A DNA stretch of 56,737 bases, counting the filler, from Basidiobolus ranarum (lineage: Eukaryota), in assembly GCA_040143965.1 (NCBI GenBank). It is 5 parts of 5 records of this genome, joined end to end, with 100 filler letters (N's around TTAATTAATTAA, not from the genome) between each part and the next. Parts side by side here need not be neighbours in the genome. Positions count along the whole stretch, not along the records: positions 22,820 to 34,088 come from JASJQH010007501.1; 4 more parts are not named here. One strand, written 5' to 3'. This document shows positions 22,820-34,188 of this stretch, one piece after another; position 1 is the first letter of the stretch; every line of letters begins with the position of its first letter. The translations under genes and the position numbers were made by a program. The notes under the pieces are model-generated. The model searched no databases, was not told where the DNA came from, and saw only the letters and a program-made list of their open reading frames with translations.

Positions 22820-23281
22820 TGCCCTCATTACGATCAAGTCAAACAACAAGTAGAGACTGAAGGTAAAGAAGAACCTAAATGCCCTCTTGCTGGAAAGTGC
22901 CCCTACTACGACCAGGTAAAGAATGACTCTGCTCACCACTTGACTGGAGAGAAGGGAGAATGCCCAGTTAAGGGAAAATGCCCTTATTACGATACTGTCA
23001 AGGAGGGTCATCAATCCGGTGAAGGAAAGTGCCCATTCTCTCAATACATGAAGGTAGGCCATGAGACTGGAAAATGCCCCCTTGCTGGTAAATGCCCATA
23101 CTACGATCAAGTGAAAAGTGACCCAACACACCATATGACCGCCGAACATGGTGGATGCCCAGTCAAAGGAAAATGCCCTCGTTACGATCAAGTAAAAGAG
23201 CAAACTAGTCAAACTCTTCCTGAAGGACATCCACCAGTCTCTGAGGGTACTACCGGTACTGGATGCCCTTTCGCTAAATAA
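22820..23281 (+). CDS. Cys-Pro repeat protein of unknown family, 3' part (5' end lost at the contig edge)
   Basis: The frame is open from the first base of the contig for 153 aa and has 11 CP dipeptides in repeats CPxxGKCP(Y/R)YDxVK. Repeat copies differ at third codon positions. Confidence 0.85.
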   Translation, partial: CPHYDQVKQQVETEGKEEPKCPLAGKCPYYDQVKNDSAHHLTGEKGECPVKGKCPYYDTVKEGHQSGEGKCPFSQYMKVGHETGKCPLAGKCPYYDQVKSDPTHHMTAEHGGCPVKGKCPRYDQVKEQTSQTLPEGHPPVSEGTTGTGCPFAK

Positions 23282-23654
23282 GCAAAAAAAAACCATTCGG
23301 AAATCTGTTTATTTATGTATCTTGTTAAATATTTTATTGCAGTTAGAAAAGAATAGAGCTAAAAGGTCAAAGTTAATATCTATACCCCTTCTCCCCTCAG
23401 CTCTTTACAATCGATTATATAATAAAAATCACATGTTTAGGTTACCTAATATCTAAAGTAATATTGTTGGCACTGTAACTTGTACCGCTTTTTAGTGTGG
23501 AATCTTGAAGATTTTCAATATGAAATTCATAGAAATATATAAAAAATCATCAGCATAAACTAATCCTAATCCATCAATAAATTACCTTTTAGTCGAGTGA
23601 AAATAAAAAATAGAGATTATTACATGAACAATTAACTTATGGTTTTCTCAAGGT

Positions 23655-26600
23655 ATGTCTGGAAAGAAAAAGAAAGTCGCAGGTAAGTTTTGAACTTGTA
23701 GTAAAAGTACACATGTAGTTACCAGTAAATAGAAAGACGGAAGAAAAACTAAAAATGAAATATTTATCAACTTTCTTCCTTAATGTTTAGCGGAGAAAAC
23801 CTCCAAACCTAATTCTACCTTAAAAACCCCTAGTGGAAAACCAGAGGGAAAGGTTCCAGCTTACGGAAAACCACTTGTTAATAATGACAATCAGGGAAAA
23901 CCTGCACCACCTCAATTATTTGACAATTGGACCGGTAAAACACCAGTCTCTCTGCTATATGAACATTGTCGAAAACAAAACTTAGAAAAGCCTGACTTTG
24001 AATTGGTTAGTCAGTGTTTCTAAAAGTAACTTTTCCCCCATCTACTGATCAAACACCTTCTGATTTCTAACCATTAGAAACGAAACTCCAAAGGACATTA
24101 TTGTGTGGTTCATATGGGTCGACTTGATAAGAAGAAAGGTTTATTGAAAACAACACTAATACCACCAAACCAACTATCTTTTTCTGCTGGAAATGAAGCA
24201 CGTCATATGTCAGCTACTTACGCCTTACATAGAATTGGACATAAATTTTCTTTACATACAACTTTGCCCCCAGTGTATAAAAAATACTGGTTAGAATTGG
24301 AAGAAATGAAGAAAGAACCGAAAATCAAAAAACTATACGAATCAGATATGTTTGCACCTCCTCCACCACCACCTCCGTCCAGCAGTTCTAGGTCCAACAG
24401 CGATTCCATTGGAATTAGTTTACACCCATCTAAGTCCAATCCTGCTAAGCCTACTTACTATGATAAATTACCGAATGTGGAAATGAAACTAGAGTACAGA
24501 GAGTGGGCGGAAAAGATCGTTAGAGAGTATAAAGTTGAATCGGTTGAAACGGTAATGCCAAGTTTGTTTGTTATGTAAGGAATAGTACACTTCATTTACT
24601 CCCAATTTTTGGTGAAATTTAAAGGAAGGTGCGTCTATGGCTACGAAAGAGGCGATCTCAAAGACTTTGATTCGTTTTGGATTTAGATCAGCGCATATTC
24701 AAGAAGCCTTACAATACTGTAATGACGTACAAGAAGCATTGGATTGGTTATGTAAGGGTCCCATCAATTCATGAACTGGTTAAAGGAAATTAACACTTGA
24801 TATATTTCAATCATGCTCACAGGTCTACACGTACCAGAAGATGGTAAAGTTTCTATTTACAATTGCATGATACTAACGATCACGCTTTAACCATTGTTAT
24901 TGTATACTATATACAGCTCTTCCGGAACGATTCATAAAGAAATTGTACAAACCTGAGATAACCATACAAAGTGGTAAAAAAGATTTGCAGAGGAAATACC
25001 AACTGGAGCGCTTGACAGATGCCGGTTTCTCACAGATATTGTGTGAAAAGATGCTTGACAAATATGATGGAAATGAGATTCATGCTCTTCGTCATCTTGT
25101 ATTTTCACTTTCACAAGAGCAAGACTATATCCATGTAGCCCGAGATTTGAGCGCCGAGGAACTAGTCGAATTGAAACAAACACGAGAGGAGGAATGGATG
25201 GTTTTAGAATCTATTTATGCGTCTCAATTTCAAAAGATTAACGAAAGTACGGTACAAATTAGCATTCCTTTAAGAAAACATGACCCAACGATATTGGATA
25301 TTCAAATACCCGACGACTCTTTGTATCCAAATGAAATCCCAATTATTGTTATCAAGAACCCTAGTCTACCTTCGTATATACGACTCTTTGCTATGAGAAA
25401 GTTGGTTGAGCACGGGAGCTCCTTAGTGGGTATAGCTATGACGTACGAATTAGTAGAATGGGTGATTACAAATCTGGAGGGTATTGTGGCTTCTCCTCCT
25501 CCTTTAACGGAGCTAATAACCAACGAAGTAGAAACAAATTCACTCTCTTCTGGCAAATCAAGTCCAACGTTTGAAGCCGAGAGTGTAGTCAGACCAAAGA
25601 AGAAGTTTCAAAGTAAACCATCAAACAAGAGGAATTCCAATGGAGAGAAGGTACTAGAGAACTTCCGCCAGATCCAGAATTCATCCGAGTACCAAAGCTA
25701 CCTACGAAAACGTCAGGAATTGCCATCATTCAAGTTTCAGCTCAATGTTCTTAATGCTTTGGAGACAAGTCAAGTTGTAGTGATTAGTGGTGATACTGGT
25801 TGTGGTAAAACCACACAAATACCTCAATTCATATTGGACGAACTGATTCAGAAGGGTGTTGGTAATAACATCAATATAGTGTGTACACAGCCTAGGCGTA
25901 TTAGTGCCGTCGCGGTGGCTAAACGTGTGTCCCAAGAACGTACAGAAAAACTTGGAGATACGGTTGGTTACTCTGTTCGTGGTGACCAAGTCAGCTCAGG
26001 GAAGACCAGACTTATGTTTTGCACTACTGGAGTGCTGCTTCGTAGACTACAAAGCTCTCCGGACCTAGAAGAAGTCTCGCACGTTATCATTGACGAAGTT
26101 CATGAAAGATCTGTTGATAGTGATATTCTTATGGCCATCCTTAAAGAAATCTTATGTAAGCGAAAGGATTTGAAGGTGATCCTTATGAGTGCTACAATTA
26201 ACAGTGAGCTATTCTCGAAATATTTCGGCAATGCTCCCTGTGTTGAAATACCTGGACGCACTTTCCCGGTCACTGAATTGTTCCTGGAAGACATTCTTCA
26301 AAATGTTCCCACCAACTCTAAACCTCTCGCCATCAGAGGTGGCAAGCGTGGGGGTAAAGAAGAAGAAGTTATGAATGAAGAGTTACGTGAAGAGTACCTT
26401 GCCCAAGGGTTGGATGATCTAACAATTGATTACTTGCAACACCACCGACGCCAGGAAGAGAATATCAACTATAGTCTGATCGTAGATGTAGTGAAATATA
26501 TTGATACGATGTATGATACCGATGATGGAGCTATTTTGATCTTTTTACCGGGTGTGATGGAAATCAACAAATGCATCTCTCTACTGAATCAAGCTCTAAA

Positions 26601-28271
26601 TGATAGTAAGGATAGAAAGTATGTTACATTGCCGTTACATGCATCATTGTCCATAGATGACCAAACCAAGGTCTTTCATAAGTATCCGCTGGGTACACGT
26701 AAAATCATTGCCTCCACCAATGTGGCTGAAACTAGTATCACCATTGATGATGTTGTTTATGTCATCGATACGGGCAGAGTAAAGGAAACTTGCTTCGATC
26801 CCATATCCCAAATGTCTAGTTTACTGGAGATATGGACCTCGCAGGCTTCGGCTCGCCAAAGAAAAGGCAGAGCTGGTCGTGTCAAGGCCGGGATCAATTT
26901 CAAACTGTATACCAGGCGTACTTACGATAGATCATTTAAGCCCTATCAAGTCCCAGAGATATTGAGAATACCTCTTGAGCAATTATATTTACATGTGTTG
27001 GCTATGGATATTCAGGATGTTAAAGCATTTTTAAGTAGAACAATTGACCCTCCTTCCTTAGATACTGTTAACGCCGCTGTAGATGTACTTGTTAGTCTTG
27101 ACGCTATTTCGCGAGACTCTTCCAGTTTGACTGCTCTAGGAAGATACATGGCCCAAATACCAACTGATATAAGGATTGCCAAGATGCTTGTGTTTGGTGC
27201 TATATTTGGTTGTCTTGATTCCATAATGAACATTGCAGGATGTATGTCTGTTGGATCACCTTTTATTTCGCCCTCGGACAAACGAGAGGAGGCTAAGGCG
27301 TAAGTTCAACTAATAGATTATTCACAAATACTAGTATTCTAACCCAAAATAATCCAGCGCACGTATGAAATTCGCTACTTTTAAAAGCGATCATCTCGTA
27401 GATAGTTTAGCGTACCAACAATGGGAAAAATGTAGGAAGAATGGAAACCGAGAAGCAAGCAAATTCACAGAAGAGAACTACTTGTCGACAAGAATTCTAT
27501 ATGAGATTCGATATATCAAGTCCCAATTCTTCAAAATCTTGAAAGAGTTGGATTTCATACCGCGAGATGTTAGTTCTCCAGACGACCCTAGTTTGAATGG
27601 CAATTCCCTGGATGTGCCCGTAATTAGATCGATCATTCTGGCGGGCTTGAATCCACGCATCCTAAGAGTAAAACTTCCAGAACAAAAGTACGAAAAGCTC
27701 GTTCAAGGCACCATAGAGAAAGCAAACGAGGCTAGGCAGATCAAGTTCTTTACTGAAACGGATGGTAACTTTTCCTGTCATTTTAACCAAGCTACATTCA
27801 GATAACTGACTTATTCGTATACATAGGTCGAGTATTCTTGCATCCCAGCTCTACTTTGTTCGAAGAGAATCAGTATCAAGTCCCATTTGCTGTTTATTTT
27901 AACAAGATGAGTACTTCAAAGATATTCGTCCGAGATGTTTCAACCATAGGAATGTATGGTTTGCTTTTCTTTGCTGGGCATGTTCAAGTCAATCACACGA
28001 AGCAGATGTTGACAGTTGGCAAATGGATTGACCTCAAAGCTTGGCCTCGAATTGGTGTCTTGGTAAACGAGTTAAGGTCTGTATACGCGATGATTACAAG
28101 CTGAATTCAGATATTCTATTTTGCAAGTATACTAACATGTGTTTTCTTATTCAAATTAGGCTGATCCTAGATAACTTGTTGAAGCAGAAACTAGAAAACC
28201 CTGCTATTTCATTACAGAATCATCCAGTAACTGAAATCATTGTGGAGTTGTTAAAGTCAGATGGTTTATGA
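23655..28271 (+). CDS. DExH-box RNA helicase, DHX57/Ucp12/YLR419W-like (about 9 exons)
   Basis: WTGKTPVSLLYEHC N-terminal motif, UBA-like ALDWLC, RWD domain (LYPNEIP), GDTGCGKTT, CTQPRRISA, DEVH, MSAT, STNVAETSITI and QRKGRAGR, followed by HA2 and OB-fold regions. Confidence 0.93.
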
Positions 28272-28450
28272 TCTAGTCTATGGCCTATGACCTATGACCT
28301 AATAGTCTTACAATAAATGACCTTGAGTTGTACGGAACTGTGCGGTACTAGAGCATCGTTTAAGGTACTTGGTTACTTTCATAATGCATGGATGGATTTG
28401 GGATGGATTCTGGGTAAAATCGTTCTATCCAATATTCATGCACAACATCA

Positions 28451-28516
28451 TCTACCATAATTTATCATGATTTCTACCATAGTTTATCATAATTTCTACC
28501 ATAATGTATCATGATT
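28451..28516 (+). repeat. Minisatellite, 3 x 22 bp
   Basis: TCTACCATAATTTATCATGATT / TCTACCATAGTTTATCATAATT / TCTACCATAATGTATCATGATT. Confidence 0.9.
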
Positions 28517-29080
28517 TGGCTACGGAATCATCGCTATTCTTTCAAACAGAAATCTTGATTCCAAATGAGGCTAATATGATATGCCAAACCCAGCAATCGG
28601 ATCAAGTGGCTGAGTGGACAATTTAGTCAATGGTTGTTACCTCATGTTTGTTACCTCATTTGCCTAACATTTATATTGTAAACATCACAAGTAAGGCAAA
28701 ATGTAAATCACAACAATGGCATGTTTGGTGATAAGTAGGAACGGTGGGGATGGAAGCGTTCATGAGAAGAAAACGATAACGATAGAAGTAACGAAACTCT
28801 TAAACCCTATCCCCAACCCCCTTATTCTATCAATACAGGAGAGGTTATAAATAGCCGACAAATGGTCTTCCGTGATAAAAATAACTAACTTCGAGGCCCA
28901 TTCAAATCGTTTGAAAGCCACTTGAAAATCTCTAAGAAATCCTTGAATCCGACAAGAGTTCCATCGGATGAGTCTAAAATTCATTCACCAAATTCGGTTT
29001 TTTGCGTTGCGTTGACTCATAAAAAGGTGTTTCTCTGTGTCTGTTAGTTTCTTACTCATTACTTTCCCTCTTTTCACGAT

Positions 29081-29578
29081 ATGAAGTCGATATTTTTATT
29101 TCTTGTCGCCATCGTCAGCGTTACCCATGCGGCAATATGCTTTGCTCCCGAACTGCTTCCCAATACTACTTGTCCACCACTAAGTGTTGCATCCTACAAT
29201 CAGTGCCGCAGCAATGCACTAAGCAGCGACTGTTCTCACAACGACACGTTGTGTAACTGCCGGGAAGCTCGATACCTAGTTGCCTGTATTAATATGTGTC
29301 AACAGGATCCCCATGTATATGATTATATCACATATCAGAAACAGGAGGTTGAAAAATGGTGCTCAGGTATACCTTCATCTATATTGAACCCGCCACAGAC
29401 ATCCACATCCACAGCCGTATCAAGCTCGCAGACTGGTGTTTCATCCAGTGGCAATAGTAATGGCAATAGTAATGGTAGCAGCAATGTTAATATCCTGAGC
29501 TCTGCTAACTCTCTTCATTCTACACATATTGTTGGTGTAGCTGCAGTCCTTATAGGAACGGTTGGTCTGACCATCTGA
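29081..29578 (+). CDS. Secreted, probably GPI-anchored Cys-rich (CFEM-like) Ser/Thr-rich surface protein
   Basis: Signal-peptide-like N-terminus, C-x8-C-x3-D-x2-CxC-x8-C-x3-C-x20-C domain, S/T/G/N-rich stalk, SSA followed by a hydrophobic C-terminal tail. Confidence 0.85.
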   Translation: MKSIFLFLVAIVSVTHAAICFAPELLPNTTCPPLSVASYNQCRSNALSSDCSHNDTLCNCREARYLVACINMCQQDPHVYDYITYQKQEVEKWCSGIPSSILNPPQTSTSTAVSSSQTGVSSSGNSNGNSNGSSNVNILSSANSLHSTHIVGVAAVLIGTVGLTI

Positions 29579-30623
29579 AATTGTTAATATATTGATCCAT
29601 CACTAGGCATAACCGTTCCCTAACCGTTCACTCCATACAAATATCTGAAATAACATTAATAAATAGATTGCTCAAAAATTCCTAATGAAAAGTTATTTAT
29701 ACATATTCAAATCATTGCTAGGAGATTATGCCTGCTATAGTATGATTAGTGTAATAAAGTCATCAGAGATCAGCATAGCCGGTCATACCCCAATTAAACT
29801 CCGCATGCAATGCAGTATTAACAGTATACTATAGATAAAGTACTATTATTCAATTTACTATTATGCAAGTTAATGCTATTGTGGAATTTACAACAAAAGC
29901 ATCAATTATTGGATATGACAATAGGGAATGACTCTACAAAGATCCGTTCAGCAAATTCCAACAAAAGAATTATATATGATTTTGTTCTTTGAAAGCCATC
30001 AAGCAATGAATAAAGAAGAGTGCTAATGCAAGGATGAGTAGAACTTGAAAGCAAATCTAAATGCTCAGCTTGGTTACAGTGGTCTATATCAATACATATA
30101 TCGAAAACAATCTACATGCTGACTACAGATCTAATGCCTTAGGGTCATTCACCTGTCATATATTATCTCAGCAATACTGCAAAGCTCCGTATAGTATAAA
30201 TGAGAGTTTGACCATCATGCAGGTACAAGTCTCTTTGGACATACATACTTGCAAATGAGTATATCTGTTATGGCAACAATATGACCGATTCATCTAAAGA
30301 TATCCTGCTTCAAAATTTCATACCAAAATTACAAATCCGTTATGAGCGCTAGCATATTGAAGCATAGAGAGGAAGGGTTAATTCAATCTGCAACAAGTTG
30401 TGTATTTCATAAACATATTAGAATCATCATAATAATGAAAAACTTTGCCAGCTAGTTCTTCAAGTGAGTGAGTGCCCGCTAGACAGTGGCTGAATTACCC
30501 AAGGCCAATTTTACAACCGATATTTGTTATGCAAAATTGTGGGACAACAATACTACCGCATTGTGACTACCTTTCCTCCTTTTAGATTTCTTCTGCTTCT
30601 TAAACACTGATCTTGTACCAGGT

Positions 30624-30659
30624 TTCTGAATTGACATATAGTTCTGAATTGACATATAG
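30624..30659 (+). repeat. Perfect 18-bp tandem duplication
   Basis: TTCTGAATTGACATATAG x2. Confidence 0.85.
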
Positions 30660-30830
30660 GTTTCTCAGTATAGTTATTTCATCATGGCCTTTACAACAGT
30701 TGTGGTTTATATAGCTTTCTGTGTTGTTCTACAGAGAGTTTACAGTTACTATAATAAGATATTTATTGGATTAGATATTCAATGAAAAATTAGTAAACAA
30801 AATAAACAACTAAATTGCTTGAATCATTCT

Positions 30831-32002
30831 TCATCTTGCTGCGGCGCTTAGAAACTTGATATACTCCGAGAGTTTATGCTCTTCAAACTGGGTAGCCAAA
30901 GTGTCGGGACAATTAAAATCTTTGCCTGGCTCATAACAATAGTACAGGGCCTTGACCCTGGCGCTTGCACTACATCTTAAATCCTCAACTACTCTACCAT
31001 TAATAACATCATTACAGCGTTGGATTTGACCCTTTGGAGCAATATATATTTCATTTGGGTGATGAAAGTAAGAGGCCCCCAGAGAAGGAATACCAGGAAC
31101 AGGATCCCAGTGGTTTGTTACTCTAGCAAGTCTGTTGACTCCAAAAACATTATATACTAGGCTAGCAAAGTCTTTGTTTCCCACTCGGGGTTGGGCAAAT
31201 GTGTGGAGGTAAATTCTAGAACTTGGGATTTTGGCACGAAGGGTAGAGATAGCAGGAATCGACAGCTGGTACGCTTTTTGCATTTCCATTGCACCTATAC
31301 TAGCTATGGCACCACCCTAGTAAAAAGTTAGCCTTTATTGTCAAAACACAAGGACAGTATTAAATACCTGCGAATGACCAACTATCACCAATTTATAACC
31401 ATTTCCTTGTATTCTAGTTTTGACTACTGTCTCAAGCTTTGCGAAAGTCTTCATTGCAAGATCTGAGAAAGCTCCAAAATATCCATCATGCACCATATAG
31501 TTTTTTCTACTTGTGTTCTTCTGCTTAGGAAACCCATATTTAACTAAGTCCATTTTTGTATTGGTCCATATGCTACGTATACTCGTAAAGGAGGTACTAC
31601 ATTATCAAGAAAATGAATATCATGGCAAGTATTTGGAAATAGTCAAAGTACACTCTACCCTTTAAAGCCTATAACTACTTCTTTGTACTTCTTGGAGAAA
31701 CCAATGTAAGCATATAGATCGGACCACCTGTTTTTAAAGTGAAAGACAACCTCCAGCTCATCTAACCATTCCAGGTGATCTTTGGCTAGGTAGCTCATAT
31801 CTTTGCTTCTGTACTCTGCACTGCACACCTTTCCCTTGAGCTGGCTGCAATAAGCTGCATCTGCATAGACTGCATGCCGGGCCAAAGTACGAATAAAGTC
31901 TTTGGATACAGCAGCCGGTTTTTCTTCGCCTAATGATGCAGGTAACGCTAGTGCACCAAAAATAAATGAAGTGAGTGCAAGAATATTTTTCAGATATTTC
32001 AT
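30831..32002 (-). CDS. Secreted class 3 lipase, 3 exons (32002-31659, 31596-31368, 31316-30831)
   Basis: Signal peptide, YADAAYC, VVIGFKGT, VHDGYFGAF, VGHSQ|GGA nucleophile elbow, TFAQPRVGN, RVTNHWDPVP and YFHHPNEIYI. Confidence 0.93.
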
Positions 32003-33240
32003 AGTGGTCTGAGGTTGCCTAAGATGATAAAATCAGATTTTATACCTTTTGGACGGATGAGAATACTCCGATTGAATACTAGTATCACTAACTTGAAAGT
32101 CACTGAATTCAGTAATATTTCAGGGCCAAGAGCATATGTGCACTACTTTCTGGGAGTATTCATTTCTGATGAAAGATAGGCCTATAAAGAATGTGGGATT
32201 TTGACCACAATTCAGTAGATTTGTTTCTTCCCAGATCCTGAGGTGATACAGGCTGAACTAAATCTACCGCAACTTGTATAAGTTTAACACATTGAATGCG
32301 ACACAATGTTCTAGTAGATATACAGATATATTGAAGTGATATTCTATATGCGATAATAAATAATAATTCAATATAACAACTGCTACAGAATTTACTCAAT
32401 TTCCCAAGTACAAGAGGTACAAAGTAATAAGGCAACACTAGAGGCAGTTTCATAAATCATTGAACGAATTCTGAACATAAATAGGCTAACCTAGTTTAAC
32501 TATATATGGTTATCAGTCCAGATTTTGCCACAAAGAATCTGGGTTTATTCCAGACGTAATATACTTGACATTTGAGCACTTGTGAGGCAAGTAGTATTAA
32601 GTGGCAAACATCTTTGTATACATGGCTAAATACTGAAAAGCTTCTTTTATACCGTATTGTCAACTGTTAAACATATCAAAAATACACCTACATTCCGTTA
32701 TTTCCGATAGTGAAGTAACAATATAAATATAAGATGAATATTTAGATCCATCTGGTGCTGTCCACACTGGGGTGCACTGGTTATATTGAGTTTAAGTGAG
32801 CCAAAGCACGTTTGAAAAATTAGCAACCGGATTTTCCCTAATAGCAACAAAAACACATTCTTTAATGAAACACGCTATTTGTTACAATAGAATTCCATTA
32901 TTAGCCTAAACCGTACATTCACTAAGTTTTTCAGTCTTTGTAACTAATCAATCGATCTAACCAACACAAGTTACTAGCAGTTTTGTTCTGAATGTCTCTT
33001 ACCTATCAGCCCACGCTACTCTTTTGGTGAGAGCGCAAAACCAAAGCATTTGATTGGTCAAAGTGGGTGAGGAATCAGCTCATGCCTGTAAGGGCGCATA
33101 AAGTCAGAGCACAATTTCCACAGAACCTCTTTTATTACTCAGGGTAAGGGGGATGAAAAGCTTAGGGTGATGAAAAGCATCAGGTGAGGTGTACTTTGTT
33201 AAGCTTATATACTAATCTAAACAAGGTGCCAATCAAGACA

Positions 33241-33582
33241 TTAATCTTCTGAGGTATTGTGACCAAATGGATCATATCCATACTTAACTTGATGCCCAAT
33301 GTAATCCAGTTCTGAGGATGTAAATATAATATTAAGGGGCAGAGGTGGTAAGCAGAAAGGAAGATATTCAGTACAAACCAAATGGACAATAGGACAAAAG
33401 CCTGGAATAATTCCCATCAAACAAGGTGTCTTGGAGGCAAGATATTGCTTCCAAAGGTCTAGCTTGAAATCTATAGCCACAATTTTGGGCTGTTTTGTTA
33501 GGGGGGGGGGACAGTCATCAACTAGTGAAATCTTTATTTCAAACAAAGCAAAGAAGCCATAACTACTTTTGTAGTTTCTCAA
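33241..33582 (-). pseudogene. Orphan ORF, paralog of 33563..33925 (no clear in-frame ATG start)
   Basis: LDLWKQYLASKTPCL...PIVHLVCTEYLPFCLPPLPLNIIFTSSEL aligns with the neighbouring ORF. Confidence 0.45.
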
Positions 33583-33925
33583 TCAAAGTGTGAAGATCAG
33601 GAGTATTAGTATAAATATTGCAAAGTAGAAAAGTCAAGTCAGTAGAGTCTAAGACACTACTGAGTGGAGTAAGAGGGACCAATAGAGGTAAAAATGGTTT
33701 GTCAACAATAGAAATAAGGTGAATGAGGATAGGACTAACATAAAGCATAAAAGGAGTGTGTGACTGAAGATATTGCTGCCAAAGGCCTACCAAGTATTTC
33801 TTGTAGGCAAGGGAGGGCTTCTCAGCTTGTTCTATAAAGGAAGCAAATTCCCTGACTTCAGGATCTCCCAGCAGTATTCTCCAGCAAGAAGAAGGATCAG
33901 GGAGGTGGGAACCTCTCCAGGACAT
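33563..33925 (-). CDS. Orphan ORF, 120 aa
   Basis: ATG-started ORF. VGLWQQYLQSHTPFM...LIHLISIVDKPFLPLLVPLTPLSSVLDSTDL resembles the adjacent ORF. Confidence 0.45.
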   Translation of the reverse strand: MSWRGSHLPDPSSCWRILLGDPEVREFASFIEQAEKPSLAYKKYLVGLWQQYLQSHTPFMLYVSPILIHLISIVDKPFLPLLVPLTPLSSVLDSTDLTFLLCNIYTNTPDLHTLIEKLQK

Positions 33926-34088
33926 AATCAGAGGGTTCTGACTCTTGCAAATCCTGATGAACAGTCTAGTCTTCAGATAGGGGGATGAAAAGCACCAGAA
34001 GGTGTAATCTTTATTTATCTCAGGTCATACAACACAAATAAATAAAGAAGCCAAGAGAAAGTAAAAGTCAAAGATTAATCTAACTAAG

Positions 34089-34188
34089 NNNNNNNNNNNN
34101 NNNNNNNNNNNNNNNNNNNNNNNNNNNNNNNNTTAATTAATTAANNNNNNNNNNNNNNNNNNNNNNNNNNNNNNNNNNNNNNNNNNNN
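34089..34188. other. Artificial contig-joining linker
   Basis: N44-TTAATTAATTAA-N44. Confidence 0.99.

Larger units (their letters stand above)
33097..34088. mobile_element. Putative repetitive or mobile element of unknown class (CpG-free, two paralogous ORFs, flanking short direct repeats)
   Basis: No CG dinucleotide found by eye in about 990 bp. The motif GGG(G/T)GATGAAAAGC occurs at 33148, 33165 and 33980. No transposase or RT is recognisable. Confidence 0.45.

Noticed and set aside
22772-23296. 174-aa hydrophobic repeat ORF on the minus strand
   Set aside because: Antisense shadow of the CP-repeat gene. The third-position variation fits the plus-strand frame.
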